DNA of 64,000 bases, taken from Mobula hypostoma (Eukaryota). Both the position numbers and the translations under genes were made by a program. The notes under the pieces were generated by a model. That model saw only the letters and a list, made by a program, of their open reading frames with translations, made no database searches and was not told where the DNA came from. Where the stretch lies: NCBI RefSeq assembly GCF_963921235.1, contig NC_086097.1, positions 162,504,001 to 162,568,000 on the forward strand, read 5' to 3'. The first letter of the stretch is position 1. Every line of letters begins with the position of its first letter. This document shows positions 63,165 through 64,000 of this stretch, piece after piece.

Positions 63165-64000
63165 TGTTACGTACCCCATAACTGGGTTGCCAAACCAGCA
63201 GAAATGGATCACTCAGTTGGAGTCTGGATTACTGGAACTAAGAGAGTTTTATTAAAGAAACAAGCAACACAGTACTCTAATCAAAAGGATAATAAATGCA
63301 ACAGTTCAGCAATGATAAACACATATATACACGGAATTAGGATAACAGGATCAATCAAGCTCTATCGTCGTCTAGGGGTAAATGACCAGTTTCAAAGTGA
63401 CGCAAAGTTCAGTTCAACTGAGTTCAGTTCAGTTCACAGTAATCACTGCCATGGCGATGGACAGTGGGGGGGGAGAGAGAGAGAGAGCAAAAACGAATGA
63501 ATATTCAAATGGCTTCCACACAGACCTTCGATATTCTTTGCAGTCAGCTTTCGGGCGAGCCCGTTGTGATGTCTTCTGAGGTCACTGACCGTGACCCCTC
63601 CGTTTCCAGATACGATCGTTTCCCTGCGGTGAACCTGGCACCCAGGCAAGGGCGGACACACACCAGGTTCCCGCCGATCGTACCTTTCCACCCTGTGCGT
63701 CTACGGCTTGGTCCCGTGATCAGCCCTCCAAAACTCCCACCGACTTGTGGGAGGCGCACCGCTTCCAGGGTCTCGTTACCTCGTGGTGTCGTGTGTCTTG
63801 CCTTAACGAACCTGTCCCTTTTTATCCCCCTGCTGGGGTATCGCCTGTCCATCTCTTCAAACAGTTCAGGGTTCAAAGGGGAGCCGATCTTGACAGCTCT
63901 CCTTCCGTCCCTTCATTAACATCTCCAAATACTGCTCCATTGTTTTCCTTATCTCTCTTTCTCCTGAAGACAGGTGGCAGACCAACTGCTGATCCCACTG
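63165..64000 (-). repeat. 5' LTR (cut by the window end)
   Basis: Colinear with 59126-59960; roughly 96% identical by manual count over the first ~330 nt. Confidence 0.92.

Larger units (their letters stand above)
59126..64000 (-). mobile_element. Gmr1-like Gypsy LTR retrotransposon, internally deleted, antisense within the ARHGAP28 intron
   Basis: Two highly similar LTRs, PBS, PPT and gag, with pol remnants in PR-IN-RT-RH order. Confidence 0.92.

Overview
Eukaryotic, AT-rich, CpG-depleted vertebrate DNA. The repeat set (CR1, Rex1/Babar-like and L1/Tx1 LINEs, V-SINEs, Penelope elements) points to a cartilaginous fish, probably a ray; that assignment is inference. The one host gene recognised is ARHGAP28. 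A CpG-rich promoter (~46850-47880) precedes its first coding exon (47894-48018, +, MDINDSSSVVLTAYHSY...), and 48019-64000 is most likely intronic. The upstream 47 kb is dense with nested mobile elements and carries a few candidate minus-strand exons of a possible divergent transcript. Highlights: (1) Penelope-like insertions with inverted ends and minimal hammerhead ribozyme cores; (2) a young Gmr1-type Gypsy LTR element with open SCAN-like gag but collapsed pol; (3) a nested hAT MITE whose TSD indicates transposition from a cryptic end; (4) a twin-primed inverted L1/Tx1 insertion; (5) a decayed BEL/Pao element and a gag-protease-only Gypsy family; (6) a perfect CpG-rich 54-bp minisatellite. 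Most ORFs in the track are spurious or TE-derived. No prokaryotic features or CRISPR arrays were seen. Coordinates of old repeats are approximate.
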